This document shows, one piece after another, positions 1-10,220 of a stretch of 64,000 bases of DNA. Made by a program: the position numbers and the translations under genes. Numbering within the stretch: position 1 is the first letter of the stretch; each line of letters starts with the position of its first letter. The stretch comes from Longimicrobiales bacterium (GTDB taxonomy: Bacteria; Gemmatimonadota; Gemmatimonadetes; Longimicrobiales; Gaopeijiaceae), in assembly GCA_965202805.1 (NCBI GenBank), contig OZ241869.1:3008001-3072000 (forward strand), written 5' to 3'. Below the pieces are notes generated by a model. It was not told where the DNA came from. It made no database searches and saw nothing but the letters and a program-made list of their open reading frames with translations.

Positions 1-72
1 GCCACCGGTATCGCGGCAGCGGCAGACAGGGTGATACGCGACAGGGACACATCCAGGGTTCCCGGGAGAGTC

Positions 73-1602
73 ATGCACTATCACCTGATCGGGATCGCGG
101 GCACGGCGATGGCTTCGCTCGCGGGCCTGCTGCGCGCGCAGGGCCACCGGGTGACGGGCTCCGACCAGGGGGTCTATCCTCCCATGTCGCTGATGCTCGA
201 CGACCTGGGCATCGAGTACGCGAACCGGTACGATCCGGCCAACCTGGCCACCGCTCCGGACGTGGTCGTGGTGGGCAACGCGATCAGCCGGGGCAACCCG
301 GAACTCGAGCAGGTGCTGGACCGGCGGCTGCGCTACACGTCCGCGGCCTCGGTGATCAAGGAGCAGTTCCTGGCCGGCCGCCATGTGGTCGCGGTGGCGG
401 GCACCCACGGCAAGACCACCACCGCGAGCCTGGTCGCCTGGCTGCTCGAGGCGGCGGGGCTCGCCCCTTCGTTTCTGATCGGCGGGATCGCGGAGAACTT
501 CGGCATCTCGTTCCGGCTCACGGACTCCGAGTTCTTCGTCATCGAGGCCGACGAGTACGACACGGCGTACTTCGACAAGGGCCCGAAGATGTGGCACTAC
601 CTGCCCTGGACGGCGGTGGTGAACAATGTCGAGTTCGACCACGCGGACATCTTCCGGGACGATGTCGCCTACCGGTTCGCCTTCGAGCGCTTCATCAACC
701 TGGTGCCGCGGGCGGGCACGCTGGTGGCGGGCTGGGACTCCCCGGCGCTGCGCGGGATGTGCGGGGAGGCCCGTGCGCCCGTGCAGTCGTTCGGCATCGG
801 CGATTCACGGTGGGAGATGGCGGCGGAGACGGTGGCCGGCGGCGAGCGTTCGGGTGAAGGCGGGACGTCCGGGGAGCGGGCCGCCACTCCTTCGCATCCG
901 CGCTGGCGGGCGGAGCGGATACGCTACGGCGAAGGCTGCACCCGCTTCGCGGTCCGGCGGGACGGCGAGGTCGCCGGGGAGGTGGAGATGCAGCTCGCGG
1001 GGGACTTCAACGTCCTGAACGCCCTGGCGGCGATGGCGGCGGCGGCCGCGGCGGGCGCGCGCTGGGACGCGATCCGCGAGGGGCTGCGCACCTTCCGGGG
1101 CGTCCGCCGCCGCATGGAAGTTCGGGGGGAGGCGGGGGGCGTCACCGTGGTGGACGACTTCGCGCACCACCCCACCGCGGTCGCGGCCACCCTGCAGGCG
1201 GCGCGGCAACGGTTCCGCGGCCGGCGGCTGGTCGCCGTCTTCGAACCCCGCAGCTACACCGCCCAGCGGCGCGAATTCCAGGAGGCCTACGGGGCGGCGC
1301 TCGCCAACGCCGACCACGCCATCGTGGCCGGGCTCTTCCGGCCCGAGCGCTACGACGACGCGACCCGGCTGGACCCCGCGCAGCTCATCACATCGCTGCG
1401 CGCCCTGGGGGTCGACGCCGACTACGAACCCGCCGTCGACGGCATCGTGCGCCGCATCGTCCGCGGAGCGCGGCCGGGCGATGTCGTGGTGATCATGTCC
1501 AACGGGGGCTTCGGAGGCATACACGAGCGGCTTCTGGCCGGGCTGGGCTCGGAGAAATCGGCGCATCGCGCGCAACTCGGCGGGGGCGGGGCGGGCGCAT
1601 GA
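73..1602 (+). CDS. mpl: Murein peptide ligase (UDP-N-acetylmuramate:L-Ala-gamma-D-Glu-mDAP ligase)
   Basis: HYHLIGIAGTAMASLA start, VTGSDQGVYPPMS, GTHGKTTT P-loop, EADEYDTAYFDKGPK, DDFAHHPTA, FEPRS, MSNGGFGG; ATG at 73 preceded by GGAGAG. Confidence 0.93.
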   Translation: MHYHLIGIAGTAMASLAGLLRAQGHRVTGSDQGVYPPMSLMLDDLGIEYANRYDPANLATAPDVVVVGNAISRGNPELEQVLDRRLRYTSAASVIKEQFLAGRHVVAVAGTHGKTTTASLVAWLLEAAGLAPSFLIGGIAENFGISFRLTDSEFFVIEADEYDTAYFDKGPKMWHYLPWTAVVNNVEFDHADIFRDDVAYRFAFERFINLVPRAGTLVAGWDSPALRGMCGEARAPVQSFGIGDSRWEMAAETVAGGERSGEGGTSGERAATPSHPRWRAERIRYGEGCTRFAVRRDGEVAGEVEMQLAGDFNVLNALAAMAAAAAAGARWDAIREGLRTFRGVRRRMEVRGEAGGVTVVDDFAHHPTAVAATLQAARQRFRGRRLVAVFEPRSYTAQRREFQEAYGAALANADHAIVAGLFRPERYDDATRLDPAQLITSLRALGVDADYEPAVDGIVRRIVRGARPGDVVVIMSNGGFGGIHERLLAGLGSEKSAHRAQLGGGGAGA

Positions 1603-2537
1603 TCTCCCGGGACCCCTCGCCCCCACCGCTCCGCCCGCGAGCGCTTCGCCCCGGGGCGCGCGTGGCGCTGGTGGCTCCGGCGGGGCCGCTCCAGCCCGGT
1701 GTCCTCGACCGGGCCCGCGCACGCTGCCGGAAGCTCGACCTGGAGCCGGTCGCGTATCCGGCGGCGACCCGCCGCCGGAGCTACCTGGCCGGGAGCGACG
1801 ACGAGCGGCTCGCGGACCTGCAGGCAGCCTTCGACGACCCCGCGAACGACGCCGTGTGGGCGCTCCGGGGCGGGTACGGGACGCTCCGCATCCTCGACGG
1901 GCTGGATCTCGCGCGGCAGCGTCGCGCGCCCATTCCCTTCATCGGCTTCAGCGACAACACCAACCTGCATGCCCTCCATGCCCGGGCAGGTGTGATCTCC
2001 TTCCACGGGCCGCATCCCGGGGCCGACTTTCCCCCGGAGACCGAGGCCTCCTTCCGCGCCGCGCTCTTCTCCGGAGAAGCCCCCGGGCGGCCGCCGACCC
2101 GGCGCGACGACCCCGCTGCCCAGGCGCTGGTGGGTGGCGCCGCGGAGGGGAGGCTGATCGGCGGAAACCTCGCGATCCTGGCGTCGCTGTGCGGATCGCG
2201 GGATACGATCCTGGCCCGCGGCCGCATCCTTTTTCTGGAGGACGTGGGGGAGCCCGCCTACCGGGTGGACCGAATGTTGCAGCAGCTCCTCCGGGCCGGC
2301 GCCCTCGACGGCGTCGCGGGGCTTGCCTGCGGCCGGTTCACAGGGGTACGCGAGGGGACGGACGACATCGCCGCCGTGCTCGCCGAGTTTGCCGTGCGGC
2401 TCGGCGTGCCTGCGGTTGCCGGCCTTCCCTTCGGCCATACCGAACACAACTGCACCCTCCCCGTCCTCGCCAACGCGCGCCTGGACGCGGATGCGGCCAC
2501 CCTCACGGTGACGGAACCGGCCACTCGGCCGAGGTGA
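1599..2537 (+). CDS. ldcA: LD-carboxypeptidase, peptidase S66
   Basis: RGGYG, GFSDNT (catalytic Ser), LFLEDVGE, PFGH (catalytic His); ATGA overlap with mpl. Confidence 0.9.
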   Translation: MISRDPSPPPLRPRALRPGARVALVAPAGPLQPGVLDRARARCRKLDLEPVAYPAATRRRSYLAGSDDERLADLQAAFDDPANDAVWALRGGYGTLRILDGLDLARQRRAPIPFIGFSDNTNLHALHARAGVISFHGPHPGADFPPETEASFRAALFSGEAPGRPPTRRDDPAAQALVGGAAEGRLIGGNLAILASLCGSRDTILARGRILFLEDVGEPAYRVDRMLQQLLRAGALDGVAGLACGRFTGVREGTDDIAAVLAEFAVRLGVPAVAGLPFGHTEHNCTLPVLANARLDADAATLTVTEPATRPR

Positions 2538-2633
2538 GCCTGACAGTCGCTCCCATCCCCTGAGCCGCGCGCACGCCGTGGGCCGAATGAGTACCTTGTG
2601 GGGCACAACGAGCCGCTATTCGGAGATCCATAG

Positions 2634-5231
2634 ATGACACTACGAGGACTGCTGGCGGGGACGCTCGCCGGGCTCCTTGCCGCCAGTTGCGGCGGAGACG
2701 GCGGCACGGTCGATCCGGTCCCGCTGCCACCCGCTCCGACCGGTACGGTCATAGGCCAGGTTACGGTCGAGGGCGCGCCGCTTCCGGGCGTGCTGGTGAC
2801 GCTGAGCGGCGCCGCCACCCAGTCGACCGCAACGGGCGCGGACGGCGGGTTCCAGTTCGTTTCCGTACCCGCGGGGTCGCACACCGTCACGCTCGCGAGC
2901 GGGATCCCCAACGAGGTGACCTTTTCCCGGACCACCGCATCGGTCACCATCTCGTCGGCCGGGCAGCAGGTGCGCGCGGACTTCCCCGGCGAGTATCTGC
3001 GCACTTCTTCGATCAGGGGCAGGGTGCTGGCCGTGACCCAGGGCAGTCAGCCGGAACCGGTGGCGGGCATCGCGCTTCGCATGACGGGCCTGCAGGAGTT
3101 GGCGGACACGACGGACGCCAGCGGCCGCTACGAGTTCGTGGCGCTTCGGGCCGGCGAGTACACGGTATCCCTCCTGACCACCGCCGGTTTCGCCTTCGAT
3201 GCGACCAGCTTCACCCGGACCCTGTCGACCGGGCAGAACCTCCAGCACGACTTTGTCGGCGCCGCCGACCTCTTCATCGCGACCGAGTCGCTGAAGACCG
3301 GCCGCGTCGCCATCCCCTATTCGCAGCAACTGACGGCGCGCGGCGGCACGACCGAGGGTCTCGTGTGGAGCCTCGAGGGGGGAACGCGCCTCCCCGAGGG
3401 GCTCGCGTTCACGAGCAACGGGCTGATCACCGGGACTCCGGCGGCCACGGGCTTCACGGAGTTCCGCGTCACCGTGACCAATGCCCAGGGGAGACGGGCG
3501 AGCGCGGCGCTGTCCCTGCGCGTATGCGAGGGGGCGCTGGGCCTTGACGAAGGGGACTACCAGGTCTTCACCGCGGGCGAGCGCGGGGAGTGCGGCTTCT
3601 TCGTCCAGGCTCCCCGGGCGGGTGCCTACTACCGGGTGACCATGGTGGGAACCGAGACCTTCACCAGTCCGCGCGTCGAAGACGTGGAACTCAGCGTCGA
3701 AGGAAGCTTCACGGCTCCGGCTGCAGGAGTGGTAGCGAACTCGGAGGCGCCGGCACGCCGAACGCCGCAGGAGGCAACCTCGATCGGGGGACCCTGGCTC
3801 CAGGAGTTGCTCGAGCGGGAGCGCGACTATGCCGAGGCCCATGCGCGCCTGCGCCGGAGCGAGGCCGCACTCATGGAGCGCCTTTCGGCGGAAGGGCCCG
3901 TGCCGATCCTCCCGGATCTCTCCCAGCAGGCGGCCCGGACGACGGGTGGCGGAGCCGGGCGCGGCCGGGCGCCCGAGGAACTCGCCTTCCGGCTCGGAGA
4001 CGCGTTCGGCGGCACCTGCACCGTGGACACCACCGTAACCGGAAGACTCGTCGCCGAGAACGAATACCTCGCCTTCTACCAATACCAGACATCCGTTTCG
4101 CCCGATCATGTGCGGGAGATCCTCGACTACTATGCCGATTACGGGGAAGAGGTGATTCAACGTTATTTCGCGGGCGTGAGCGACGTGAACGGAGACGGTA
4201 TCGTGAACGTCCTCATCCGTCCCGAACTGCGGGGCAACACCCGGGCCTACGTGTGGTCCGCCGACATGACGCTCTCACGGACCTCATGTCCGGCGTCGAA
4301 CGAAATGGAGCTGATCCACGTCGACGGCGAGAGCATCGCCGACATCGCCGGCGGCGACTACTGGGCGCTCGGCACGATCGTGCACGAGATGAAGCACGTG
4401 AGTTCGCTGTACAAGGGATTCCGCAGGAGAGCGTCCGGACGGTTCCAGCCCTTTTGGATCGAGGAGGGCACGGCCGACATCGCCAAGGAAGTATCGTCAC
4501 GCCTGGCCTGGCAGCGGGCGGGCGGTCCCGCAATGAGTGATCGCGTGACGGCGGACCATCTGCGTTCCGCGATCCGAGCCTCGGGCGGCAGGGCGAGGGC
4601 CGAGGCCTACGGCGTCTTCACCACGATGGCGCGCACGGTGTGGGCGTTCGCGCCGGATTCGAGCGCGGTGACCTTCCAATACGGAGATGGAGAGGTTGGG
4701 GACGTGTACGGGTCCGGCTGGCATTTCCACCGCTTCCTGCGGGACTGGGTGATCGGAACCGGTTCGGCCACCGCGGACGCGCGCTTCATGCGCGTGCTCA
4801 ACGACTCGCTCACCGCGTCCGGGGTCGAGGGGGTGGAAACCGTGACCGGGAGGCCGATCGAGGAGCTGCTCATCGAGCACGCAGTCGCCATGACCTTCGC
4901 CGGCAGCGAGAGCGTGGCGGGTGCCGATGTGCCGCACTTTACCACCTACGACTTCCCGACCGCCACGGAGGTCTTCAGTCAGCCCGACCCGCCCGGCTTC
5001 TATCCCTGGCCGGTCACCACCACCGGCGAGGACGACGACGACGACTTCGCGCCGATTTCCGTGCCCCTGGCGACTTCCGGCACACGCACCTTCACCGGGC
5101 GGCTGGGCGCCAGCGGCGTCCGCATCCACGACTTTCGCGCGCGCGGTGCCGGGAACGGGGCCGCGTTCTACTACGACATCCCGAGTTCCGCCCGGGTGAT
5201 CGTGGCGCGTATTTCCGAGCCGGATCCATGA
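2634..5231 (+). CDS. Lipoprotein with carboxypeptidase-regulatory-like/Ig domains and C-terminal zinc metallopeptidase (gluzincin, M30-like)
   Basis: Lipobox LAASC, beta-sandwich repeats, LPEGL..GLITGTP Ig motif, HEMKH plus downstream WIEEG. Confidence 0.65.
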   Translation: MTLRGLLAGTLAGLLAASCGGDGGTVDPVPLPPAPTGTVIGQVTVEGAPLPGVLVTLSGAATQSTATGADGGFQFVSVPAGSHTVTLASGIPNEVTFSRTTASVTISSAGQQVRADFPGEYLRTSSIRGRVLAVTQGSQPEPVAGIALRMTGLQELADTTDASGRYEFVALRAGEYTVSLLTTAGFAFDATSFTRTLSTGQNLQHDFVGAADLFIATESLKTGRVAIPYSQQLTARGGTTEGLVWSLEGGTRLPEGLAFTSNGLITGTPAATGFTEFRVTVTNAQGRRASAALSLRVCEGALGLDEGDYQVFTAGERGECGFFVQAPRAGAYYRVTMVGTETFTSPRVEDVELSVEGSFTAPAAGVVANSEAPARRTPQEATSIGGPWLQELLERERDYAEAHARLRRSEAALMERLSAEGPVPILPDLSQQAARTTGGGAGRGRAPEELAFRLGDAFGGTCTVDTTVTGRLVAENEYLAFYQYQTSVSPDHVREILDYYADYGEEVIQRYFAGVSDVNGDGIVNVLIRPELRGNTRAYVWSADMTLSRTSCPASNEMELIHVDGESIADIAGGDYWALGTIVHEMKHVSSLYKGFRRRASGRFQPFWIEEGTADIAKEVSSRLAWQRAGGPAMSDRVTADHLRSAIRASGGRARAEAYGVFTTMARTVWAFAPDSSAVTFQYGDGEVGDVYGSGWHFHRFLRDWVIGTGSATADARFMRVLNDSLTASGVEGVETVTGRPIEELLIEHAVAMTFAGSESVAGADVPHFTTYDFPTATEVFSQPDPPGFYPWPVTTTGEDDDDDFAPISVPLATSGTRTFTGRLGASGVRIHDFRARGAGNGAAFYYDIPSSARVIVARISEPDP

Positions 5232-5255
5232 TTTGGCCACGCACGGGAGGCACCG

Positions 5256-6611
5256 ATGTATGAAGGACACACTCGCAACAGCGTCATTCACTCCGCGCGC
5301 CACGCGATTCCCCCCGTTCTGCTGCTGAGCCTGACCGGGTGCACCAACGCCCCACAGGCCGACGCGGAGCTGATGGAACGCGCCCGCGGCATCCACGAGC
5401 GGGTCATCACGCTGGACACGCACGCCGACATCAACCCGGGCAACTTCACCGCCGAGCGCAACTACACCATGGACCTGCCCACCCAGGTGAACCTGCCCAA
5501 GATGGAGGCGGGCGGGCTGGACGTGGCGTGGTTCATCGTCTACGTGGGGCAGGGCGATCTGACCCCGGAGGGGTACGCCGAAGCCTACGACCAGGCGATT
5601 GCCAAGTTCGATGCCATTCACCGCCTCACCAAAGAGATCGCCCCCGAGCGCATCGGGCTGGCGCTCACCTCCGAAGACGTGCGCCGAATTGCGTCGGAGG
5701 GGCGCAGCGTGGCCATGATCGGGGTGGAGAACGGATACCCGGTCGGGGAGGATCTCGGCCGCATCCAGGAGTTCCAGGAGAGGGGGGCGCGCTACCTGTC
5801 GCTCGCCCACAACGGGCACAGCCAGCTCGCCGACTCCAACACCGGTGAGGCGCTGGACGACTGGCTGCATGACGGGCTGAGCGATCTGGGGCGGCAGGCG
5901 GTGGCCGAACTCAACCGGGTCGGGATCATGATCGACATCTCGCATCCCTCCAAGCCGGCCAACATGGAGGTGTTCGAGCTGAGCCGGGCCCCGGTGATGG
6001 CTTCGCATTCCTCGGCCCGGGCGCTCAACGACCACAGCCGCAACCTGGACGACGAGCAGCTGATGGCGCTGAAGGAGAACGGGGGCGTGGTCCAGACCGT
6101 GGCCTTCCGCGGCTACGTCGACGGACCCAAGAGCCAGGCCTACCGGCAGGCCTCGCAGAGGGTCATCGCGGAGGTCGCCGAGGAGATGGACTTCGAGATC
6201 ATCGGCGGAGGCCGCGGGCGCGCCTTCTTCATGGCGCTGCAGGCGATGAGCCCGGAGGAGCGCGAGGAGTACCAGACCGGCTTGAGCATGGTCCGGGACG
6301 CGGCTGCGGAGCGGATCGCCGTCGAGGTGGCGCCGGTGACGCCGCCGGTCGATGTCGCGGACTTCGTGGACCACATCGACTACATGGTCGGCCTGATCGG
6401 GCTCGAGCACGTGGGCATCAGCTCCGACTTCGACGGAGGCGGGGGCGTCACCGGGTGGGACGACGCCTCGGAGACCTTCAACGTCACCCTGGAGCTGGTC
6501 CGGCGCGGCTACACCGAGGAGGAGATCGGCATGCTCTGGAGCGGGAACCTCCTGCGCGTGCTCGACGACGTGCAGCGGGTGGCGGCGGAGATCCAGGCGG
6601 AGAGTGGCTGA
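5256..6611 (+). CDS. Membrane dipeptidase, peptidase M19 (lipoprotein)
   Basis: LDTHAD, GVENG, IDISH, ASHSSAR, HVGISSDFDGGG; lipobox LTGC. Confidence 0.9.
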   Translation: MYEGHTRNSVIHSARHAIPPVLLLSLTGCTNAPQADAELMERARGIHERVITLDTHADINPGNFTAERNYTMDLPTQVNLPKMEAGGLDVAWFIVYVGQGDLTPEGYAEAYDQAIAKFDAIHRLTKEIAPERIGLALTSEDVRRIASEGRSVAMIGVENGYPVGEDLGRIQEFQERGARYLSLAHNGHSQLADSNTGEALDDWLHDGLSDLGRQAVAELNRVGIMIDISHPSKPANMEVFELSRAPVMASHSSARALNDHSRNLDDEQLMALKENGGVVQTVAFRGYVDGPKSQAYRQASQRVIAEVAEEMDFEIIGGGRGRAFFMALQAMSPEEREEYQTGLSMVRDAAAERIAVEVAPVTPPVDVADFVDHIDYMVGLIGLEHVGISSDFDGGGGVTGWDDASETFNVTLELVRRGYTEEEIGMLWSGNLLRVLDDVQRVAAEIQAESG

Positions 6612-6703
6612 GCCGGTTCCGGCGCGCGTCGCGCTTTTGATCGTCGCGCGCGGCAGGGTTAGCTTTGCTGCCCGTCGCCCCGCAGTTCCCCCCGGGAGAT
6701 GAA

Positions 6704-7267
6704 ATGGTCCCCATTCTCGCCCTCTGGCTTCCGATCCTGATCGCCGCCGTACTCGTCTTTTTCGCCAGCTCGGTCATGCACATGGTCCTGGGCTATCACA
6801 AGAACGACTTCAGCGGGATCCGGGGTGAAGAGGACGTGATGAATGCGCTTCGGCCGGCCAACCTCAAGCCGGGCGACTACTTCTTCCCCCATGCGGACAG
6901 CCCCGAGGCCAGGCGCTCGGAGGCCTTCCAGGAGAAGCTGCAGGAGGGGCCCGTCGCCTTCTTCACGGTGGCGGACCCCGCCGCGTTCACGAGCATGAAC
7001 AAGAACCTGGCGCAGTGGTTCGTCTACTGCGTCGTGGTTGGGGTGATCGTGGCCTACGTCGCCGGACGCACGCTGGTGCCCGGGGCGGCGTATCTGACGG
7101 TCTTCCGCCTGGCGGGCACGGTGGCGTTCTGCTGTTACGCGCTCGCGTTGCCGCTCAACTCGATCTGGTACCATCGGAAGTGGTCGACGACGCTCAAGTC
7201 GATGTTCGACGGGCTCGTCTACGGGGTTCTGACCGCGGGTACGTTCGGCTGGCTGTGGCCGGAGTGA
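6704..7267 (+). CDS. Uncharacterised integral membrane protein
   Basis: About 4 hydrophobic segments, high-GC3 codon usage, GGGAGA upstream of ATG 6704. Confidence 0.75.
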   Translation: MVPILALWLPILIAAVLVFFASSVMHMVLGYHKNDFSGIRGEEDVMNALRPANLKPGDYFFPHADSPEARRSEAFQEKLQEGPVAFFTVADPAAFTSMNKNLAQWFVYCVVVGVIVAYVAGRTLVPGAAYLTVFRLAGTVAFCCYALALPLNSIWYHRKWSTTLKSMFDGLVYGVLTAGTFGWLWPE

Positions 7268-7274
7268 GGTTCTG

Positions 7275-8183
7275 ATGGAAAACGCCCGACATTCACGCTG
7301 GCGCGGCGCCCTGCTCTGGGTGGGCGCGTTTCTGATCATGGCCGGGGCCGCGATCTACCAGCGCCGCACCGGTCCCACCTATCCGCTGCGCGGCGAGGTG
7401 GCCGTCGGCGCCGACGCGTTCCGCTACGAGCTGGTGCGCAGCCAGGAGACCATCGAGCGGGCGCGGGTCGCGTTGCCGAGGCCGGGCGCGGACGCCGCCG
7501 GCACGATGACCTACCGGCGCTACCCCACCAGCGACGAGTTCACTACGGTGGCCATGGCGGTGGAGGCGGGGGAGGACGGCCCGGAACTGGCGGCCTACCT
7601 GCCCGTCCAGCCGGCCGCGGGCAAGATGGAGTACTACGTGGAGCTGGAGACGGCGGACGGCGCCGTGCGCATCCCCGCCGAACAGGGCGAGGACGCCAAC
7701 ATCATCCTCCGCTACAAGGATCCGGTGCCGGCCGCGCTGCTGATCTCGCATGTCATTGCGATGTTCTTCACCGTTCTGATCGGCATGCGCACCGGCCTGG
7801 GAGCCCTCTTCGCTCCGGGCAACATGCGGACGCTCGTCTGGGTGACCCTCATCGGGATGACCGTCGGTGGCCTGGTGCTCGGCCCCTTCGTCCAGAACTA
7901 CGCGTTCGGGGAGTACTGGACGGGCTTCCCCTGGGGCTACGACCTGACCGACAACAAGCTCCTCATCATGTGGGTCGTGTGGGTCGCGGCGGCGTTCGCG
8001 CTGGGGGTGAAGCCGAAGCGGAAGGCCGGGCCCGGTCGGGTAGTGGTGGGGGTGGCCGCGCTCGTCATGACGGTGGTGTACCTCATCCCGCACAGCATGC
8101 GCGGCAGCGAGCTCGACTTCGCGGCGGTAGACGCGGGCGTGCCCGCCGAGGAGGCCGTCGGGACCGGCCGCAACCAGGAATAG
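7275..8183 (+). CDS. Uncharacterised membrane protein (N-terminal anchor, soluble domain, ~4 TM)
   Basis: GAGG RBS, hydrophobic helices, GPFVQNYAFGEYWTGFPWGYDLTDNK segment. Confidence 0.75.
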   Translation: MENARHSRWRGALLWVGAFLIMAGAAIYQRRTGPTYPLRGEVAVGADAFRYELVRSQETIERARVALPRPGADAAGTMTYRRYPTSDEFTTVAMAVEAGEDGPELAAYLPVQPAAGKMEYYVELETADGAVRIPAEQGEDANIILRYKDPVPAALLISHVIAMFFTVLIGMRTGLGALFAPGNMRTLVWVTLIGMTVGGLVLGPFVQNYAFGEYWTGFPWGYDLTDNKLLIMWVVWVAAAFALGVKPKRKAGPGRVVVGVAALVMTVVYLIPHSMRGSELDFAAVDAGVPAEEAVGTGRNQE

Positions 8184-8233
8184 GTGCGCGACGGAGGCGT
8201 CCGAACCTCGCCCCGGTGCGCGCGGATGCGGTC

Positions 8234-8701
8234 GTGAGCGCGGCGCACCTCCATCTGCTGACGGTGCACCTGCCGGTTGTCCTTTGTCCTCTCGCGCTCG
8301 TGCTGTTCGTCTGCGCGCGCCTGCGCCACGACACCCCCGCAGCCCGCATCGGCCGCTGGCTGCTGGTGGCTTGCGCGGTCGTGGGCGTGCCCGCCTATTT
8401 CTCCGGCCCGCCCGCCTTCGAGTCGATGGAGAGCGAGCTGGCCCCGATGCGCGACCTGGTGGAACTGCACGCGGTTCTGGGCAGGGCGGCCTTCTTCGGT
8501 CTGGTGCTGCTGGCGCTGACCGCGCTTCAGACCTCGCTGAGGGAGATGCAGGAGGAGCCGGTGCCCGGCTGGCTGCACGGCGTCGTGGTGGTTGGCACCC
8601 TGCTTCTCAGCTACGTTCTCGCGTGGACGGGGCACCTCGGGGGCGCCATCCGCCATCCGGAGATCGGAGACGCGCTCTCATGGCTCTTCCCCCGCTGGTG
8701 A
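8234..8701 (+). CDS. DUF2231-like His-containing membrane protein
   Basis: AHLHLLTVHLP N-terminus, 4 TM, GHLGGAIRHPEI C-terminus; GTG start inferred. Confidence 0.6.
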   Translation: MSAAHLHLLTVHLPVVLCPLALVLFVCARLRHDTPAARIGRWLLVACAVVGVPAYFSGPPAFESMESELAPMRDLVELHAVLGRAAFFGLVLLALTALQTSLREMQEEPVPGWLHGVVVVGTLLLSYVLAWTGHLGGAIRHPEIGDALSWLFPRW

Positions 8702-8718
8702 GCCCATCTGCCGCCCGC

Positions 8719-8754
8719 TTTACGCATTTTACACAATTTACGCATTTTACGCAT
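8719..8754. repeat. 4 x 9-bp AT-rich direct tandem repeat (TTTACGCAT)
   Basis: TTTACGCAT TTTACACAA TTTACGCAT TTTACGCAT in the intergenic region. Confidence 0.9.
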
Positions 8755-8843
8755 TCCAGCCCCCGGGAGCCGTCCTCCCAACCCGCGGAATCGAGTGCCG
8801 AAACCCCCGCGATCCTCCTCACCCTGATGCTCCAGAGAGACCC

Positions 8844-10160
8844 ATGAGCCGTTCCGTCGCCCGCCTGCTCACACCCACGCGCACCGCCCCGTTGCTCCTT
8901 GTTGCCGCGCTCCTCTCCGGCGCCGCATCGCTCGCACCGGCCCAGGACGACGCCGAAGCCGAAGTTCGCGCCCTCATGGAACATCCCTCCATCCAGGCCG
9001 CGTTCCGTCACATCGAGGAGAACGACCCCTGGACCATCGCGATTCTGCGCGAGCTCACCCAGATCCCCGCGCCGCCCTTCATGGAAGAGGTGCGCGGACA
9101 GCGGTTCCTGGAGCTGCTCCTGGAGTCGGGCGTCGATTCCGCCTGGGCCGACGAGGAGGGCAACGTCATCGGCCTGCGCCGCGGCGGCGGCTCCGGGACG
9201 ATGATCTTCTCCGGGCACCTGGACACGGTCTTCCCGGAGGGCACGGACGTGACCATCCGCGAGAACGGCGACACGCTGTTCGCGCCCGGCATCGCCGACG
9301 ACACCCGCGGCCTCGTGACCGTGCTCGCCGTGCTGCGCGCGATGAACGCCGCCGACATCCGGACCGAGCAGGACATATGGTTCGTGGGCACCGTGGGCGA
9401 GGAAGGCACCGGCGACCTGCGCGGGGTCAAGCACCTCTTCCGCGAGGGCTCGCAGGCTTTCAGCGCGTTCATCTCGATCGACGGGCTGGGGCACAGCGGG
9501 GTGACCAACGCCGGTCTGGGCTCGCACCGCTACCGCGTCGCCTTCAAGGGGCCGGGCGGGCACTCCTGGGGGGCGTTCGGGCTGGGCAACCCCATCCACG
9601 CACTGGGGCGCGCCGTCTCGCATTTCGACGCCGAGGCCAAGCGCTACACCGACAACGCCGCCCAGCGCACCAGCTACAACGTCGGCACGGTGGGGGGCGG
9701 AACTTCGGTGAACTCGATCCCCTTCGAGGCATGGATGGAGATCGACATGCGCTCGGAGAGCCCCCAGGCGCTGCTTGAAATCGACGCGGTCTTCCAGGCG
9801 GCGATGCGGCGCGGGCTCGAGGAAGCCAACGCGGTGCGCGCGGGGGGCGAGGAGCTCACCCTCGAGATCACCATGATCGGCAACCGGCCAAGCGGCGAGG
9901 TCCCGGAGGATCATCCCTTCATCCAGCGCGCGCTGGCGGCCACGGAGCTCATGGGCGGCATCACGTCGCTGCGGCGCTCCTCAACCGACTCCAACACGCC
10001 GATTTCGCTCGGCATCCCGTCGATCACCATCGGCGGCGGCGGTGCGGGCGGCAACTCGCACTCGCTCGCCGAATTCTTCATGAACCACAACGGTCCCGTC
10101 GGCATCCAGCGCGCCCTGCTGATCCTGGTATCGCAGGCCGGGATGGTGCCGGTGATGTAG
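8844..10160 (+). CDS. M20/M25/M40 family metallopeptidase, secreted
   Basis: Signal peptide, SGHLDTVF, GIADD, VGEEG, GGHSWG, STDSN. Confidence 0.88.
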   Translation: MSRSVARLLTPTRTAPLLLVAALLSGAASLAPAQDDAEAEVRALMEHPSIQAAFRHIEENDPWTIAILRELTQIPAPPFMEEVRGQRFLELLLESGVDSAWADEEGNVIGLRRGGGSGTMIFSGHLDTVFPEGTDVTIRENGDTLFAPGIADDTRGLVTVLAVLRAMNAADIRTEQDIWFVGTVGEEGTGDLRGVKHLFREGSQAFSAFISIDGLGHSGVTNAGLGSHRYRVAFKGPGGHSWGAFGLGNPIHALGRAVSHFDAEAKRYTDNAAQRTSYNVGTVGGGTSVNSIPFEAWMEIDMRSESPQALLEIDAVFQAAMRRGLEEANAVRAGGEELTLEITMIGNRPSGEVPEDHPFIQRALAATELMGGITSLRRSSTDSNTPISLGIPSITIGGGGAGGNSHSLAEFFMNHNGPVGIQRALLILVSQAGMVPVM

Positions 10161-10220
10161 GGCGTTCGCGCGCCCTCGGGCCGACGCGGTCCGGCTCGCG
10201 CGCATTCGCATCCCGATCCA

